The notes under the pieces are model-generated. The model was not told where the DNA came from and ran no database searches. It was given only the letters and a program-made list of their open reading frames with translations. A program made the translations under genes and the position numbers. Source: an uncultured Verrucomicrobiae bacterium (lineage in GTDB: Bacteria; Verrucomicrobiota; Verrucomicrobiia; Chthoniobacterales; UBA10450). Taken from it: a stretch of DNA of 64,000 nucleotides. Shown here one piece after another: positions 1 through 9,463 of the stretch. Position 1 is the stretch's first letter. Each line of letters begins with the position of its first letter. Location: positions 1,184,001 to 1,248,000 of the forward strand of contig CAVTMK010000002.1 of assembly GCA_963735805.1 (NCBI GenBank), given 5' to 3'.

Positions 1-119
1 TAATGCACTAACACTGATGGCGAGCGTGCGGAAGGTTCCGCGCGTTCGCTCTAGTGTAAACGTTGCGCCGTACCGCGCACACTTTGAGACTTTACCGAAC
101 GATTGACACGTCTGACGAA

Positions 120-305
120 ATGCACGCTTACATTCGACTCCAGCAACAGATCCACGACGCCTTGCGCGTCCAGCATCCCGACTGGGTCGAGCCCAACGGC
201 AATTCCCCCACCTGTGACTCGTATGAGTCACGCCTTACCGAACTGCTCGGCCTTTCTCCCCGAACGAACAGCGAGGTGTTGGTGCCGGCTGAGTGGGTTG
301 ATTAG
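120..305 (+). CDS. small hypothetical protein (HDALRVQHPDWVEPNG..CDSYE.RL motif)
   Basis: ORF track 63..305; ATG at 120 is the likelier start; protein-like composition; convergent 4-nt overlap with next gene. Confidence 0.55.
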   Translation: MHAYIRLQQQIHDALRVQHPDWVEPNGNSPTCDSYESRLTELLGLSPRTNSEVLVPAEWVD

Positions 306-544
306 AGTTTGATCTTTATCTTAACGCTCTTCAGGCTCCCCTGAAGGTTCCGAAGCATTTCATGGGTGCGATTTGTAGCCTCATCAATTCCACGGCGAAA
401 CTCTGTCGTGTCGATGAGCGTTTCGCAAAAGGGACATTTGCGACTCTCAGCCTTGAGCCATTTGACAGTCTCGTTGATCTGCTTGCCACATCTAGAGCAT
501 GTCATTTCCAGCGGTAAATTGTCGAAAAACATGGTCTTGTTCAC
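302..544 (-). CDS. small zinc-ribbon protein
   Basis: CSRC...CPFC two CxxC pairs followed by a predicted helix; AAGGAG upstream on the minus strand. Confidence 0.65.
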   Translation of the reverse strand: MNKTMFFDNLPLEMTCSRCGKQINETVKWLKAESRKCPFCETLIDTTEFRRGIDEATNRTHEMLRNLQGSLKSVKIKIKL

Positions 545-622
545 AGAATGAACAAAACTCCTTTATTTGGCAAGTCCACGATCGCCTATTTGTAGTGCTT
601 TGGGTGTTGGGTGCCGGTTGAG

Positions 623-1624
623 TTATACCGAGCGACGCAGCTTCGGAAGGGCTTCGCGAAATTGCGTGGGAGAGCGACCGACGATTCGCTTAAACGCGCG
701 ATTGAAGTTCGTCATGGATTGAAAACCGCATGCGAAGGCAGCTTCGCTAATTCGCGAGTTGGGATTGAGCAAAAGCGTCTTCGATTTCTCCACTCGAACT
801 CTCGAGAGGTAATCGGTGAAATTCATCCCGGTCGCTTTCTTGAACATCTTGCAAAAGTAATGCCTGCTGATGTTAGCCACTTGGGCGATCCGCCCGAGCG
901 ACAATGGCTCCGCTTGATGGGCCTCGATAAATTGTCGCGCTCGCGTCATATTTGTGGACTGATCGTTGTCGCGCCGTACGACCAGTTGATTCGACAAGAT
1001 CGAAAGGTGTTGCGCAAAAATACTCAGTAGCCGCAACATCGCGCGGTACCGGACAGGCGATAAAACGCACGAGCGAAAATAGGCCCGCTCAAGTTTCTTC
1101 CAATCCACCTTGTAGCCCCACGCGCGGAGCTGCCGAGTGATGCTTCCGAAGTGTTTCTTTGTCGGATTCTTCAGCATTACTTCGCCTGTCTCGAGAAAAC
1201 CAAGAATGTGGTCACCCACATAAACTGGCACTGCGCTTTCTGAGAGTCCCGCAAACCAAGTGACGGTGCGCTTCGTCGAGTCCAGGTTTTCGGATGCATC
1301 GGTTTGGGCGCTTAGGCATGCGGCCCGAGCCTTGTTGAAACGAGCCAGAATTGCCGCGAATGAATCGTCATTTGTTTTGCCATGGTGTGCAGGCGACCAT
1401 GAATCCTGTCCTCGAATATTGAGCGGCAAACCCACCGCTTCGCTGAAAGCCTGTTCGTAATCTTTGAAAATCTGAGAGCGCGAAAGATGTCGCATCACTT
1501 CCTGGTCAGAGGATCGGGCTGCGCCCGGTGGCGTCATTCTTCTCTGCGAGGTCGCAGAAATCGCGCCCCGTCCACGGCCGTTGCAGATAAGGCTGCTTCT
1601 TTTTGAGCGTTTGGTCGCGATCAT
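623..1624 (-). CDS. AraC-family transcriptional regulator with N-terminal PocR-like sensor domain
   Basis: C-terminal double HTH (ISRHYFCKMFKK..., ISEAAFACGFQSMTNFNRAFKRIVGRSPTQFR); N-terminal FAGLSESAVPV..G.HILGFL.TGEV; ATG at 1624 overlaps upstream stop (ATGA). Confidence 0.9.
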   Translation of the reverse strand: MIATKRSKRSSLICNGRGRGAISATSQRRMTPPGAARSSDQEVMRHLSRSQIFKDYEQAFSEAVGLPLNIRGQDSWSPAHHGKTNDDSFAAILARFNKARAACLSAQTDASENLDSTKRTVTWFAGLSESAVPVYVGDHILGFLETGEVMLKNPTKKHFGSITRQLRAWGYKVDWKKLERAYFRSCVLSPVRYRAMLRLLSIFAQHLSILSNQLVVRRDNDQSTNMTRARQFIEAHQAEPLSLGRIAQVANISRHYFCKMFKKATGMNFTDYLSRVRVEKSKTLLLNPNSRISEAAFACGFQSMTNFNRAFKRIVGRSPTQFREALPKLRRSV

Positions 1625-1971
1625 ATCCAGGCGTTCGTAAGCTGAGCTACATTGGCAGCCCGCGGCACGCCACATGCGATCAGGGCTTTTGTCGTGTCCT
1701 TTGCAGTTAGGAGGTACTTGCGCACGATAGGATGAATTGCATATGCGACTTCAGCATCTTGCATTATTTCGCGGAATTGGATTAGGTGCATGTGCCGTTT
1801 ACCTCGTGGGAGAATGCCTTCAGCGTGCCTCGCGGTGGTGACGTCCTCTTTGCGATCGTCACATAGTGACTGGTGAAGTTGCCCGGGATTTCCCCCTTCG
1901 TTTTCCCAACGTCGCTCTGCGACAAAATCGATCTCTTCGTTTTGTGAACTTGCGAAAGTCAGGGGACCCAT
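1621..1971 (-). CDS. hypothetical protein with RWENEGG motif
   Basis: 116-aa ORF with ATG; its TGA overlaps the AraC start (ATGA coupling). Confidence 0.5.
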   Translation of the reverse strand: MGPLTFASSQNEEIDFVAERRWENEGGNPGQLHQSLCDDRKEDVTTARHAEGILPRGKRHMHLIQFREIMQDAEVAYAIHPIVRKYLLTAKDTTKALIACGVPRAANVAQLTNAWI

Positions 1972-1992
1972 GAGGCAATCAAGTCAAGCGGC

Positions 1993-2178
1993 TCAGCGCC
2001 CGTTGTCCTGATGAAGTCGTGCTGCGATGAACAAGTCGCCGGAGGTCAGCTGCCGCGGAACATCCGGCCGCCTTTTACGGGCCGCAGCGCGAAGCTTCTT
2101 GAAAAGCGCCGCACGACTTTTTGAAGTTTTATGTTGGGCGTAGTAAAGCGCGCAGTTCTGGGTCAATGTTGGTTCCAT
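1993..2178 (-). CDS. small basic hypothetical protein (61 aa)
   Basis: ATG preceded by GGAG; overlaps stop of upstream small ORF; same strand as operon. Confidence 0.5.
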   Translation of the reverse strand: MEPTLTQNCALYYAQHKTSKSRAALFKKLRAAARKRRPDVPRQLTSGDLFIAARLHQDNGR

Positions 2179-2366
2179 GTTAATTCTCCGTTTATTGATG
2201 CTGATGGCGGATTGACGTGAGCGCTGATGTCTGAGCAGTTCGCATCGAGGCACGTCATATAACCATCCAGGAAAGCCGCGAAACCTATCCAGGAGACGGC
2301 AGTATTGCCCGACAAGTTCATGAGCAATCTTTCGAGCTCGTCTTTATGTACAGCGATCGCATTCAT
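2163..2366 (-). CDS. small hypothetical protein (67 aa)
   Basis: ATG ORF, first of co-oriented small-ORF cluster. Confidence 0.45.
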   Translation of the reverse strand: MNAIAVHKDELERLLMNLSGNTAVSWIGFAAFLDGYMTCLDANCSDISAHVNPPSASINGELTWNQH

Positions 2367-2805
2367 GATTCAGTTTGGTGTGCAGAGAGAAGGGGCCGCA
2401 CACCCGCGCGATCGACTGACGCTGCTATTGTTAAAGACCCAACGTACGGCCGCGGCTGCCGATTAGCTAATGGTATTTATGGACCACGCATTCATATCGT
2501 GCGTGAGGTCAATTCACAAATTAGTGGCCTGTGCAGCGGCCAAGACAAAGCCACCTGGCCACTCGCGTCCCCGCGCGGCTCCATTCTCGCCGCTACCCAC
2601 CGCGGCTTTGCCTTGATCACTCGCACCAACCGGTGCTTGCGCCAGCTACCCTGCTGCGTTGCCGTCTACCCGCGCGATTCCCAATCGCGACGTGTTCTAT
2701 GTCGCTGGTCCTCAACTCCGTTCACTAGGCGGGTGCAAGAAATGGTCCAATGTTCGCAAGATGTTGCGCGCACGACCCCGTTAAGAGAGCGATCTTCGTA
2801 GCACT

Positions 2806-2979
2806 ATGAAAGAACTAATTAACGTGATCGTCCAGAAAACTGGAATCAGTGAGGAAAACGCGCAGAAGGCTGTGCAAGCGACGCTTGGTTTCTTGAAAGC
2901 CAAATTGCCGACTCCACTCGCGGCGCAGTTGGATTCATTCCTTAATGCGAAGCCGGTAGTGGTCGGCGCCAAAGCCTAA
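2806..2979 (+). CDS. 57-aa helical protein, HU N-terminus/DUF2267-like (MKELINVIVQKTGISEENAQKAVQATLGFLKAKLP...)
   Basis: Translated by hand (below ORF-track length cutoff); ELI..I..KTGIS...A.KAV...L.FL pattern; followed by a hairpin. Confidence 0.7.
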   Translation: MKELINVIVQKTGISEENAQKAVQATLGFLKAKLPTPLAAQLDSFLNAKPVVVGAKA

Positions 2980-2989
2980 GTTAATATCG

Positions 2990-3018
2990 GACCCGATCCA
3001 CAGAGCGTGGGTCGGGTC
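2990..3018 (+). terminator. GC-rich hairpin after the 57-aa ORF
   Basis: gacccgatccac-agagc-gtgggtcgggtc inverted repeat; no clear U-tract. Confidence 0.45.
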
Positions 3019-3389
3019 GGGTAAGGGCGGCGAATTGGGGGGCGACGTCAGATCATGATCACGAAAACTATTAACAGCGCAGCATCTCTGAGAGAACTCG
3101 CTTCTAATCCCAAATCCTTCTCTAATTGTCCAGACTTACACGGTGGTGTTCCGGACTTGCCAAGGGTTACTCCTTTAGAAGGAAAGGCTTGCATCGCTCG
3201 GTTAGGCTTCGGTCGAATACGTGCACGTCAACAACCCGATGCGGAAAGTTTCGGGGAACCGAATCTCGCCCTTTAGGGCAGGATTCGCGCTTTGAATCCA
3301 GCTTTGCGAACAGCGCCTAGACTTTTGAGCAAGAAATTTTCACTGCAATCGTCAACCCCGTACTCAAACCGACGTCGGACCCCTAGTCT

Positions 3390-3809
3390 ATGGAGCAGAT
3401 AAAACCTAACTACTTCGGAGGCGCGAATTTCGAAGCCTGCACAGTCAAGGACATCATCGAGCCTGCGAAGAGCATTTCTAATAAGGTTTCTGTACGGGCG
3501 GCTTTAGACCAAATGCAGGCGCAGGCAACCGATTCGTCACCTGTAGTCGATCAATGCGGCGAATTATTGGGTGTCCTGTCGAAGAACAAAATGAACCGGA
3601 ACGTGGGTGGTTTCGGACACGACCCCATGACAGAACCGGTAGAAGCACACATCGAAATAAACAATGCCTATTGCTTCGAAGACCAGACGATTGCGGAGGC
3701 GGAGAAAATGATGCTCAACGCAAAGCTCGACGAAGTTTTTGTAGTAACCCGCGAAAAATTGCTGGTAGGGACGATAAATATTGAAAGAATTACACAGGGC
3801 AGCGCGTGA
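3390..3809 (+). CDS. CBS-domain pair protein
   Basis: SPVVDQCGELLGVLS and VFVVTREKLLVGTI CBS motifs. Confidence 0.85.
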   Translation: MEQIKPNYFGGANFEACTVKDIIEPAKSISNKVSVRAALDQMQAQATDSSPVVDQCGELLGVLSKNKMNRNVGGFGHDPMTEPVEAHIEINNAYCFEDQTIAEAEKMMLNAKLDEVFVVTREKLLVGTINIERITQGSA

Positions 3810-4496
3810 TTAAATTTGTAAGCCGCAGTCAGCGACAGCGGCCACGACTGCGGCTGGCGTGAGATAAGCGAGATATCCGAGCGCAATACTGGCCGACATT
3901 TGAAATGGATGTGTAATCGTGATGCCGTGGTCGAGATGGGCGACCCAGAACATGAATCCTACGATCAACACGGCCGGCAAAATTCCGTAGGCCTCTTCCA
4001 ACGGTTTTTGCATGTATCCGCGAAACGCCATCTCTTCCGTGACCGCTGCGATCACGGCGATTGAGAGTAATGCCCCGATGACCGTTGCCAGTGGATACGA
4101 AGAAAGCGGGATCGAAACTGAAGCTGCCGTAACCGGCATGAGGCTCGGCAACAGCAGTCGCATCGAAACGAGTGCGATTACTCCGAAAACAATTGCCGGA
4201 ATCGCAGCGACCCAGACTCGCGTAACGGGCCACGAAGCGCGTGCGAGCTTCCTGCGCGCCTCGCGTGTTGCAGCAGGAGGTCCCCAACCTGAGAAGTAAG
4301 CCCCATACAGCGCTAAGATCCCGAGCGTTATCGGAAAAGCCCACGGAATTTCCGGATGAAACTTGAGATTACCGAGCAGTGGCAAAAACGTGACCGTCGA
4401 ACCGATCGTAAGAAGAATCCATCCAAGGACGATCGCGCGGACAATCACAGAACTAATAGTCAGAACATCTGACAACGTCCACCGAGATTCGTTCAC
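3810..4496 (-). CDS. CPBP (CAAX/Abi) intramembrane metalloprotease, probably C-terminally truncated
   Basis: EEMAFRGY and FWVAH motifs, multiple TM segments; final HxxxN/D motif absent. Confidence 0.75.
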   Translation of the reverse strand: MNESRWTLSDVLTISSVIVRAIVLGWILLTIGSTVTFLPLLGNLKFHPEIPWAFPITLGILALYGAYFSGWGPPAATREARRKLARASWPVTRVWVAAIPAIVFGVIALVSMRLLLPSLMPVTAASVSIPLSSYPLATVIGALLSIAVIAAVTEEMAFRGYMQKPLEEAYGILPAVLIVGFMFWVAHLDHGITITHPFQMSASIALGYLAYLTPAAVVAAVADCGLQI

Positions 4497-4523
4497 GTCC
4501 GTTTACGAGAGAGGAAAGAAAAC

Positions 4524-4594
4524 AGCGGGTGAAGGGAATCGAACCCTCGTGTGCAGCTTGGGAAGCTGCCGTTCTACCATTGAACTACACCCGC
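4524..4594 (-). tRNA. tRNA-Gly (CCC)
   Basis: Reverse complement gcgggtgtagttcaatggtagaacggcagcttCCCaagctgcacacgagggttcgattcccttcacccgct folds as a cloverleaf; no encoded CCA. Confidence 0.97.
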
Positions 4595-4691
4595 GTCCGT
4601 GATTTGCGATTTTAGATTTGTAATTGCCGATTGCAATCGAAACAAAATCACGAGCATCCCACCGCCTCCTGTGAGCAACTGCCAGAATCAA

Positions 4692-5441
4692 TCACTGCCA
4701 GGAAATCACGTCGTCTGCGTATACCCCAGTGCTCTTGTCGCCGCTTGCGGCTGCAGTCGCGCCGGCTCCATCTGCGCCAAGAGACCAAGCAATCACGCCA
4801 GTGTATAAGTTTGGGGTAGCCCCAGCCCCCGCTGTGTAGGGATTTGGAATTTGATTGTCGTAACTGCCATCGATTTCGATGAGGTAGGGTGTCCCCCACG
4901 GGTCATAGTACTTTCCATCGGTTGGACTCACGCCGGACCTTCTGTTTCCCGCCGTGTCGCTTTTCACGTTCGGCGGCGAGATAAAGACGATCGATCGAGG
5001 ATTGATGGCTGGCACGCCGTTCAAAGGCTGATTGGCTCCAAGCGCGATAGCGCGTAGCGAGTAAAATAGATCGAAATTATTATTAGGGGATGCAGTGGTG
5101 CCGCTGATGATCGTGTCAGCCGTTACGATTGGATATTTTCCATAGTCCGTATAGTACGCGTTCACCGCATTAACAATTTGGGTAAGATCGTTCTTCGCTT
5201 GCGTTCTCCGGGCTTGATCTTGCACTGCACGAAAAGCAGGAAAGAGCAGACCGATCAAAACCGCAATGATCGCAATTACCACCAGCAACTCAATAAGAGT
5301 AAAGGCAGGGGATCGATCCGGAGAATTTTGCATCGCCGCGGGATTATGTCGCGCCGGGCGACTGTTCACAATCATTTCATTGCCTAATGAATGTTTCTCC
5401 GTCGATGGAACATTGTGCGGAAAAATCTCTAAAGTGTTCAC
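4692..5441 (-). CDS. prepilin-type N-terminal cleavage/methylation protein (GspG-like pseudopilin)
   Basis: A|FTLIELLVVIAIIAVL; YDPWGTPY and WSLGADG motifs; true start may be 5333. Confidence 0.9.
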   Translation of the reverse strand: MNTLEIFPHNVPSTEKHSLGNEMIVNSRPARHNPAAMQNSPDRSPAFTLIELLVVIAIIAVLIGLLFPAFRAVQDQARRTQAKNDLTQIVNAVNAYYTDYGKYPIVTADTIISGTTASPNNNFDLFYSLRAIALGANQPLNGVPAINPRSIVFISPPNVKSDTAGNRRSGVSPTDGKYYDPWGTPYLIEIDGSYDNQIPNPYTAGAGATPNLYTGVIAWSLGADGAGATAAASGDKSTGVYADDVISWQ

Positions 5442-5481
5442 TTCAGTTGTTCTACTGTATTACCGTATTAACGTCGCTAAC

Positions 5482-6876
5482 TCATTGCCATTTCTTAATC
5501 TGCTCCGGGAACGGACATTGCGCGCAATCGGAATTGTCTTGCATGCAAAAGTCCTCGTAAATTTGAAGCAAGCCCTGCTGGTTCGCGATCGTTTTTGAAA
5601 ACTGTTTCCGCCGTGGATCGCTTCCGAAAAGTCGCGTCGCCGCCGTTTCAACCCGGCGGTTCGATAATTGTGCCGGCAGCTTGGCATATTCCGTCCAGAG
5701 ATTTTTCGCCAGCGAAGCTGAAGAATTCAGATCGTGCGCCAGCCAAAATGGAAACAGCACATTAGCCAGGATGTCGGCAACGCGCGCGTCGCCAATCAGG
5801 GCCATTTTTTTAGCCGTCGCCTTGGATGTGAGTGTGTAGTGAAAATTCCAAAACGGATGGTCCAGCGTTTGAAAGAAATCTTTTGCTCCAGCGACGCTGT
5901 TCTTGCCTAAGGCACGCTGAAGACGAGGCCAGTCGCGCGCCAGGATTGCCAACGCAGCCAGCCTGCGCTGGGGATGATTCAATGGCCGAGTGCTAGTGAG
6001 CCGCCAGATTTTGTCTGGTAAAATCAGGCGCTTCAACTCGTCACGATGCGGCCACCAACGGTCCCACAACCGACGCACATATTCGCGTGTCGGTTTCTTA
6101 TAGAGATCGAGATCGGCAGTTTGCAGAAAACCGGCTACGCCAAACAACATCGATTCAATGTCCGCCGCAGTTTCGCGCAACGATTTCAACGGCAACCGTA
6201 ACGTGAGCAGCGTGAAAGGCAGTTTGTTTTCTTTGTAACCGAGCGCGGCTGCGAGTTCCTGGAAGAGCACTTCATCGCGTCCACGACTGTCAATCTTGTG
6301 GCGTATGCGCGCCGCTTTTTGTCGCAGGCGAAATTGCGCCGCCGCATCCAGCACGCCACGCACTCGTTCTTCGGGAAGATCCTTTAGCGGTGCCTGACAA
6401 CGACCCGGACGGGCCAGCGGAATATTCGCAGTAAAAGCGTCCGGTAAAACTGCCGGATCAATATGAACCTGCGGCACGTTGCGGTTGGAGTTTGTTCGCG
6501 TGAAAAATTCGCGATCGCTTCTCTCGACAAACACGTGCAACACGGTCTCGTCAAAACCCGGATTCGTCGCATGGCCGTGCGTCTCCCAACTGCGATCTAG
6601 CAGATCGATCTCGATGCAGCCGCGAATCGGATTTCCACCGTTGATTCGAATCGCAGCATCCCGAAAGTCCGGCCCAGCTTCCCGATTCCACGTGCCGAAT
6701 TGGACAACGTCTATTTTATCGCCGGCGGTGCTGATGAAATGTTTTCCGAAATCTCCGGCGAACCAGCGAGCCTGGAGCTCCAGTTCCGATGGGATTCGCT
6801 GCGAGACGAACAACGCGCGCTCCCGAACACGATCGGTATCGCATAACTGTGCGTAACGATCCGCAAGCAACATCAC
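5482..6876 (-). CDS. DUF2851-family protein
   Basis: N.EAGPDF, G.IEID, W..HGH..NP.F..VLHV, RP.NHP.RRLA, QGLLQIY..FC...C..CPF. Confidence 0.85.
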   Translation of the reverse strand: MMLLADRYAQLCDTDRVRERALFVSQRIPSELELQARWFAGDFGKHFISTAGDKIDVVQFGTWNREAGPDFRDAAIRINGGNPIRGCIEIDLLDRSWETHGHATNPGFDETVLHVFVERSDREFFTRTNSNRNVPQVHIDPAVLPDAFTANIPLARPGRCQAPLKDLPEERVRGVLDAAAQFRLRQKAARIRHKIDSRGRDEVLFQELAAALGYKENKLPFTLLTLRLPLKSLRETAADIESMLFGVAGFLQTADLDLYKKPTREYVRRLWDRWWPHRDELKRLILPDKIWRLTSTRPLNHPQRRLAALAILARDWPRLQRALGKNSVAGAKDFFQTLDHPFWNFHYTLTSKATAKKMALIGDARVADILANVLFPFWLAHDLNSSASLAKNLWTEYAKLPAQLSNRRVETAATRLFGSDPRRKQFSKTIANQQGLLQIYEDFCMQDNSDCAQCPFPEQIKKWQ

Positions 6877-6955
6877 GCTTCGAGATTATGAGAGCCCCAG
6901 TTCGAAATGTCACGCGCGCACTGGCGGATAGCGCACGCGTGCCGGGTAAAACGTG

Positions 6956-8008
6956 CTACCCAACCGGACTCTCGGAGTGCGCAGTGACTTGCCCCTCTAT
7001 CGCGGGCTCACTCAGACGCCGGTGCAAATCCTGCACGATTTGCTCGACCAGAGCCGCATGCGGTCGCGCGAAAACGAACAAGTACCTGGGGCCTTTTCCA
7101 GTCTCAGGGAAAATGACAAGGTTCTCGGCCAGAAATTGCGGTTCGTGAGTGACGCTTAATTCGTCCAGCTCGATTGCACGCGCGACTGGGCGTCCACCCT
7201 TTCGTGCGACAAAAATGAGCCTGCGCGGCTCTTCATTCGTGGTCACAAGCGCGCCGAACAAATTTGCTGGAATTCGCCGGCCGCGCCCACTGACGCATGG
7301 CACCGCCCAGGCGATCGTTTCGCCAAGAACATTTTCTTTGGCGAAAACGGGCGCGAGCCGCGCCGGCAACGTCGATGGTAATTTCACCGGTTCATTGCCA
7401 TCGGCCGGTCCATTCAGCTTCCTCCAAGCCAGCCAGATCTTTACTTTCATTGCACGCAGGATTCTTGGCGCAAAATAGAAGAACGCACCGATAGCGATCA
7501 GAAAGATCGCCAGCGCAAGGACAGGATTGAAGTGAACCAGGGCAAGTCCACCAAACACCGCCGCGTCCTCGCCCAAACTCAATCCGATGTTTGAGAAGGG
7601 TTCCGGCGATGCGTTACTAGCGAGCCGTGTAGCCGCTTTTGCCGTGTGAGCGATCAGGCTCGTGCTCCCTGCGAGCAATGCCACGATCACGGTGAACGCG
7701 GGGCTTGGATGGCCAAGCACCTGAATTGCAAGCAGCGCGCCGCCAATAGGACGAATCACGGTATGAACGGCGTCCCAGACCGAATCGAGCCACGGAATTT
7801 TGTCGGCGAAAAATTCCAGGAAATAGAGAATGCCCGCAATTGTGATGATCCACGGGTTACTGAGGATCTCGAGCGATTGGTACTGCGGCGCAAGCGTGAT
7901 CCAGTGAAAATGAATGGCCAGGCCGGTGACGAAAACCGTCAGGTACAGATTAATCCCGGCCAGGGCGGCAAGACCGAGGGCCACAGCGAGAAGATCGAGT
8001 CTTTCCAC
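6956..8008 (-). CDS. DUF4126-domain membrane protein with C-terminal soluble domain
   Basis: GINLY, EFFADKIPWLDSVWD..HT.IRP, SPEPFSN..LS.GED. Confidence 0.85.
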   Translation of the reverse strand: MERLDLLAVALGLAALAGINLYLTVFVTGLAIHFHWITLAPQYQSLEILSNPWIITIAGILYFLEFFADKIPWLDSVWDAVHTVIRPIGGALLAIQVLGHPSPAFTVIVALLAGSTSLIAHTAKAATRLASNASPEPFSNIGLSLGEDAAVFGGLALVHFNPVLALAIFLIAIGAFFYFAPRILRAMKVKIWLAWRKLNGPADGNEPVKLPSTLPARLAPVFAKENVLGETIAWAVPCVSGRGRRIPANLFGALVTTNEEPRRLIFVARKGGRPVARAIELDELSVTHEPQFLAENLVIFPETGKGPRYLFVFARPHAALVEQIVQDLHRRLSEPAIEGQVTAHSESPVG

Positions 8009-8025
8009 GAGGAACTATACAATGC

Positions 8026-8115
8026 AGTTTAAAGGTTAAAAGAGTTACCCGCCCGAGGCGGGCTACGAAGGGACCGATCCTTCAACCTTGTAATATTTGT
8101 AACGGTTTTAACTTC
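8026..8115. repeat. short-period (8-9 bp) tandem/inverted intergenic repeat with internal cccgcccgaggcggg hairpin
   Basis: gtttaaaggttaaaagagtta ... ttcaaccttgtaatatttgtaacggttttaac; related tracts at 44700, 48642, 49828, 56096. Confidence 0.5.
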
Positions 8116-8131
8116 GCTGATAATCTGCGCC

Positions 8132-9400
8132 ATGCTCGACATTCGCCTGATTCGTGAGAGACCGGATTTTGTTCGCGAGCGACTTGCCACGCGGGGCGGG
8201 GGTGACGATGCCAAAATCGATGACGTGCTGCGCGTGGATATCGAGCGCCGAAAAGCGGAAACTGCGCTTCAGCAATTAAACGCCGATCGCAAACGTTTAA
8301 GTAAAGAGATTGGTGGCAAAAAATCGAGTGGCGAAGCGACAGGGGAACTGGAGCAGCGCGTGCGGGAAATCGGGGAGCAGATTGCCGAGCTGAATGCGCG
8401 GGTAACGACTGCTGAAGAAGAGCAAAACGATTTGCTGCTCCGGATCGCGAACATGCCGCATGAAGGTGTGCCCATCGGCAAAGACGCAGCCGACAATCGC
8501 GTTGTGCGCACATGGGGCGAGAAACCGCAATTGAGCAAACCCGGCGATCATGTCGCGCTTGGCGCGAAGCTTAACCTTCTGGACATGGAACGGGCAGCAA
8601 AACTAAGCGGCAGCGGTTTCATTTGTTTCACCGGCAGAGGCGCGAGGCTGGAGCGAGCGCTGATCAATTTCATGATTGATTTGCATGCGCGGGAGCACGG
8701 TTACACCGAAATCAGTCCGCCCTTTCTCGTTCGGCGCGATTGCATGATCGGCACATCGCAGCTTCCGAAGTTTGAAGCGGACATGTATGCACTGGAGGAA
8801 AATCAGATTTTTCTCGCACCAACCGCCGAAGTGCAACTGACAAACTTTCATCGCGAAGAAATTTTGAGCGTGGACGATCTTCCCAGGAAATTTGTTGGTT
8901 ATACTCCGTGCTTCCGGCGGGAAGCCGGCGCGGCAGGTCGCGAAACCCGGGGAATCATCCGGGTGCATCAATTCGACAAGGTCGAGCTGGTCAAGGTCGC
9001 GACACCGGATAAGTCGTACGACGAATTGGAATCACTTACGGCTAACGCAGAAAGTGTGTTGCGATTTCTCGGCTTGCATTATCGAGTGGTTGAGCTTTGC
9101 ACCGGCGATCTCGGTTTTGCGGCGGCCAAAAGCTACGACATCGAGGTCTGGTCGCCGGGGCAGGATGCTTATCTGGAAGTCTCCAGTTGCTCAAACTGCG
9201 AAGAGTTCCAGGCGCGCCGGATGCATCTCCGATTCAAGGATCGCGACGGGAAAAATCGGTTTTGTCACACGCTGAATGGCTCCGGTTTGGCATTGCCTCG
9301 ATTGTTCGCAGCATTAATCGAGAGCTATCAGCAACCGGATGGATCGGTTCGGGTTCCGGAAAAATTGCAGCCTTACTTCGGTGCGAGTGAGATTCGCTAA
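8132..9400 (+). CDS. serS: seryl-tRNA synthetase
   Basis: MLDIRLIR, PTAEV, CFRREAG, RVHQFDKVE, EVSSCSN, HTLNGSGLA. Confidence 0.99.
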   Translation: MLDIRLIRERPDFVRERLATRGGGDDAKIDDVLRVDIERRKAETALQQLNADRKRLSKEIGGKKSSGEATGELEQRVREIGEQIAELNARVTTAEEEQNDLLLRIANMPHEGVPIGKDAADNRVVRTWGEKPQLSKPGDHVALGAKLNLLDMERAAKLSGSGFICFTGRGARLERALINFMIDLHAREHGYTEISPPFLVRRDCMIGTSQLPKFEADMYALEENQIFLAPTAEVQLTNFHREEILSVDDLPRKFVGYTPCFRREAGAAGRETRGIIRVHQFDKVELVKVATPDKSYDELESLTANAESVLRFLGLHYRVVELCTGDLGFAAAKSYDIEVWSPGQDAYLEVSSCSNCEEFQARRMHLRFKDRDGKNRFCHTLNGSGLALPRLFAALIESYQQPDGSVRVPEKLQPYFGASEIR

Positions 9401-9463
9401 GGTTATAGAGGCGTTTGTCTTAGCCTAAGCTGTTAAATAGGCGGCCCGTCGCGGCGAATGCTT

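Noticed and set aside
3055..3276. 73-aa ORF upstream of the CBS gene
   Set aside because: No recognisable motif or clear ribosome-binding site; cannot be supported.
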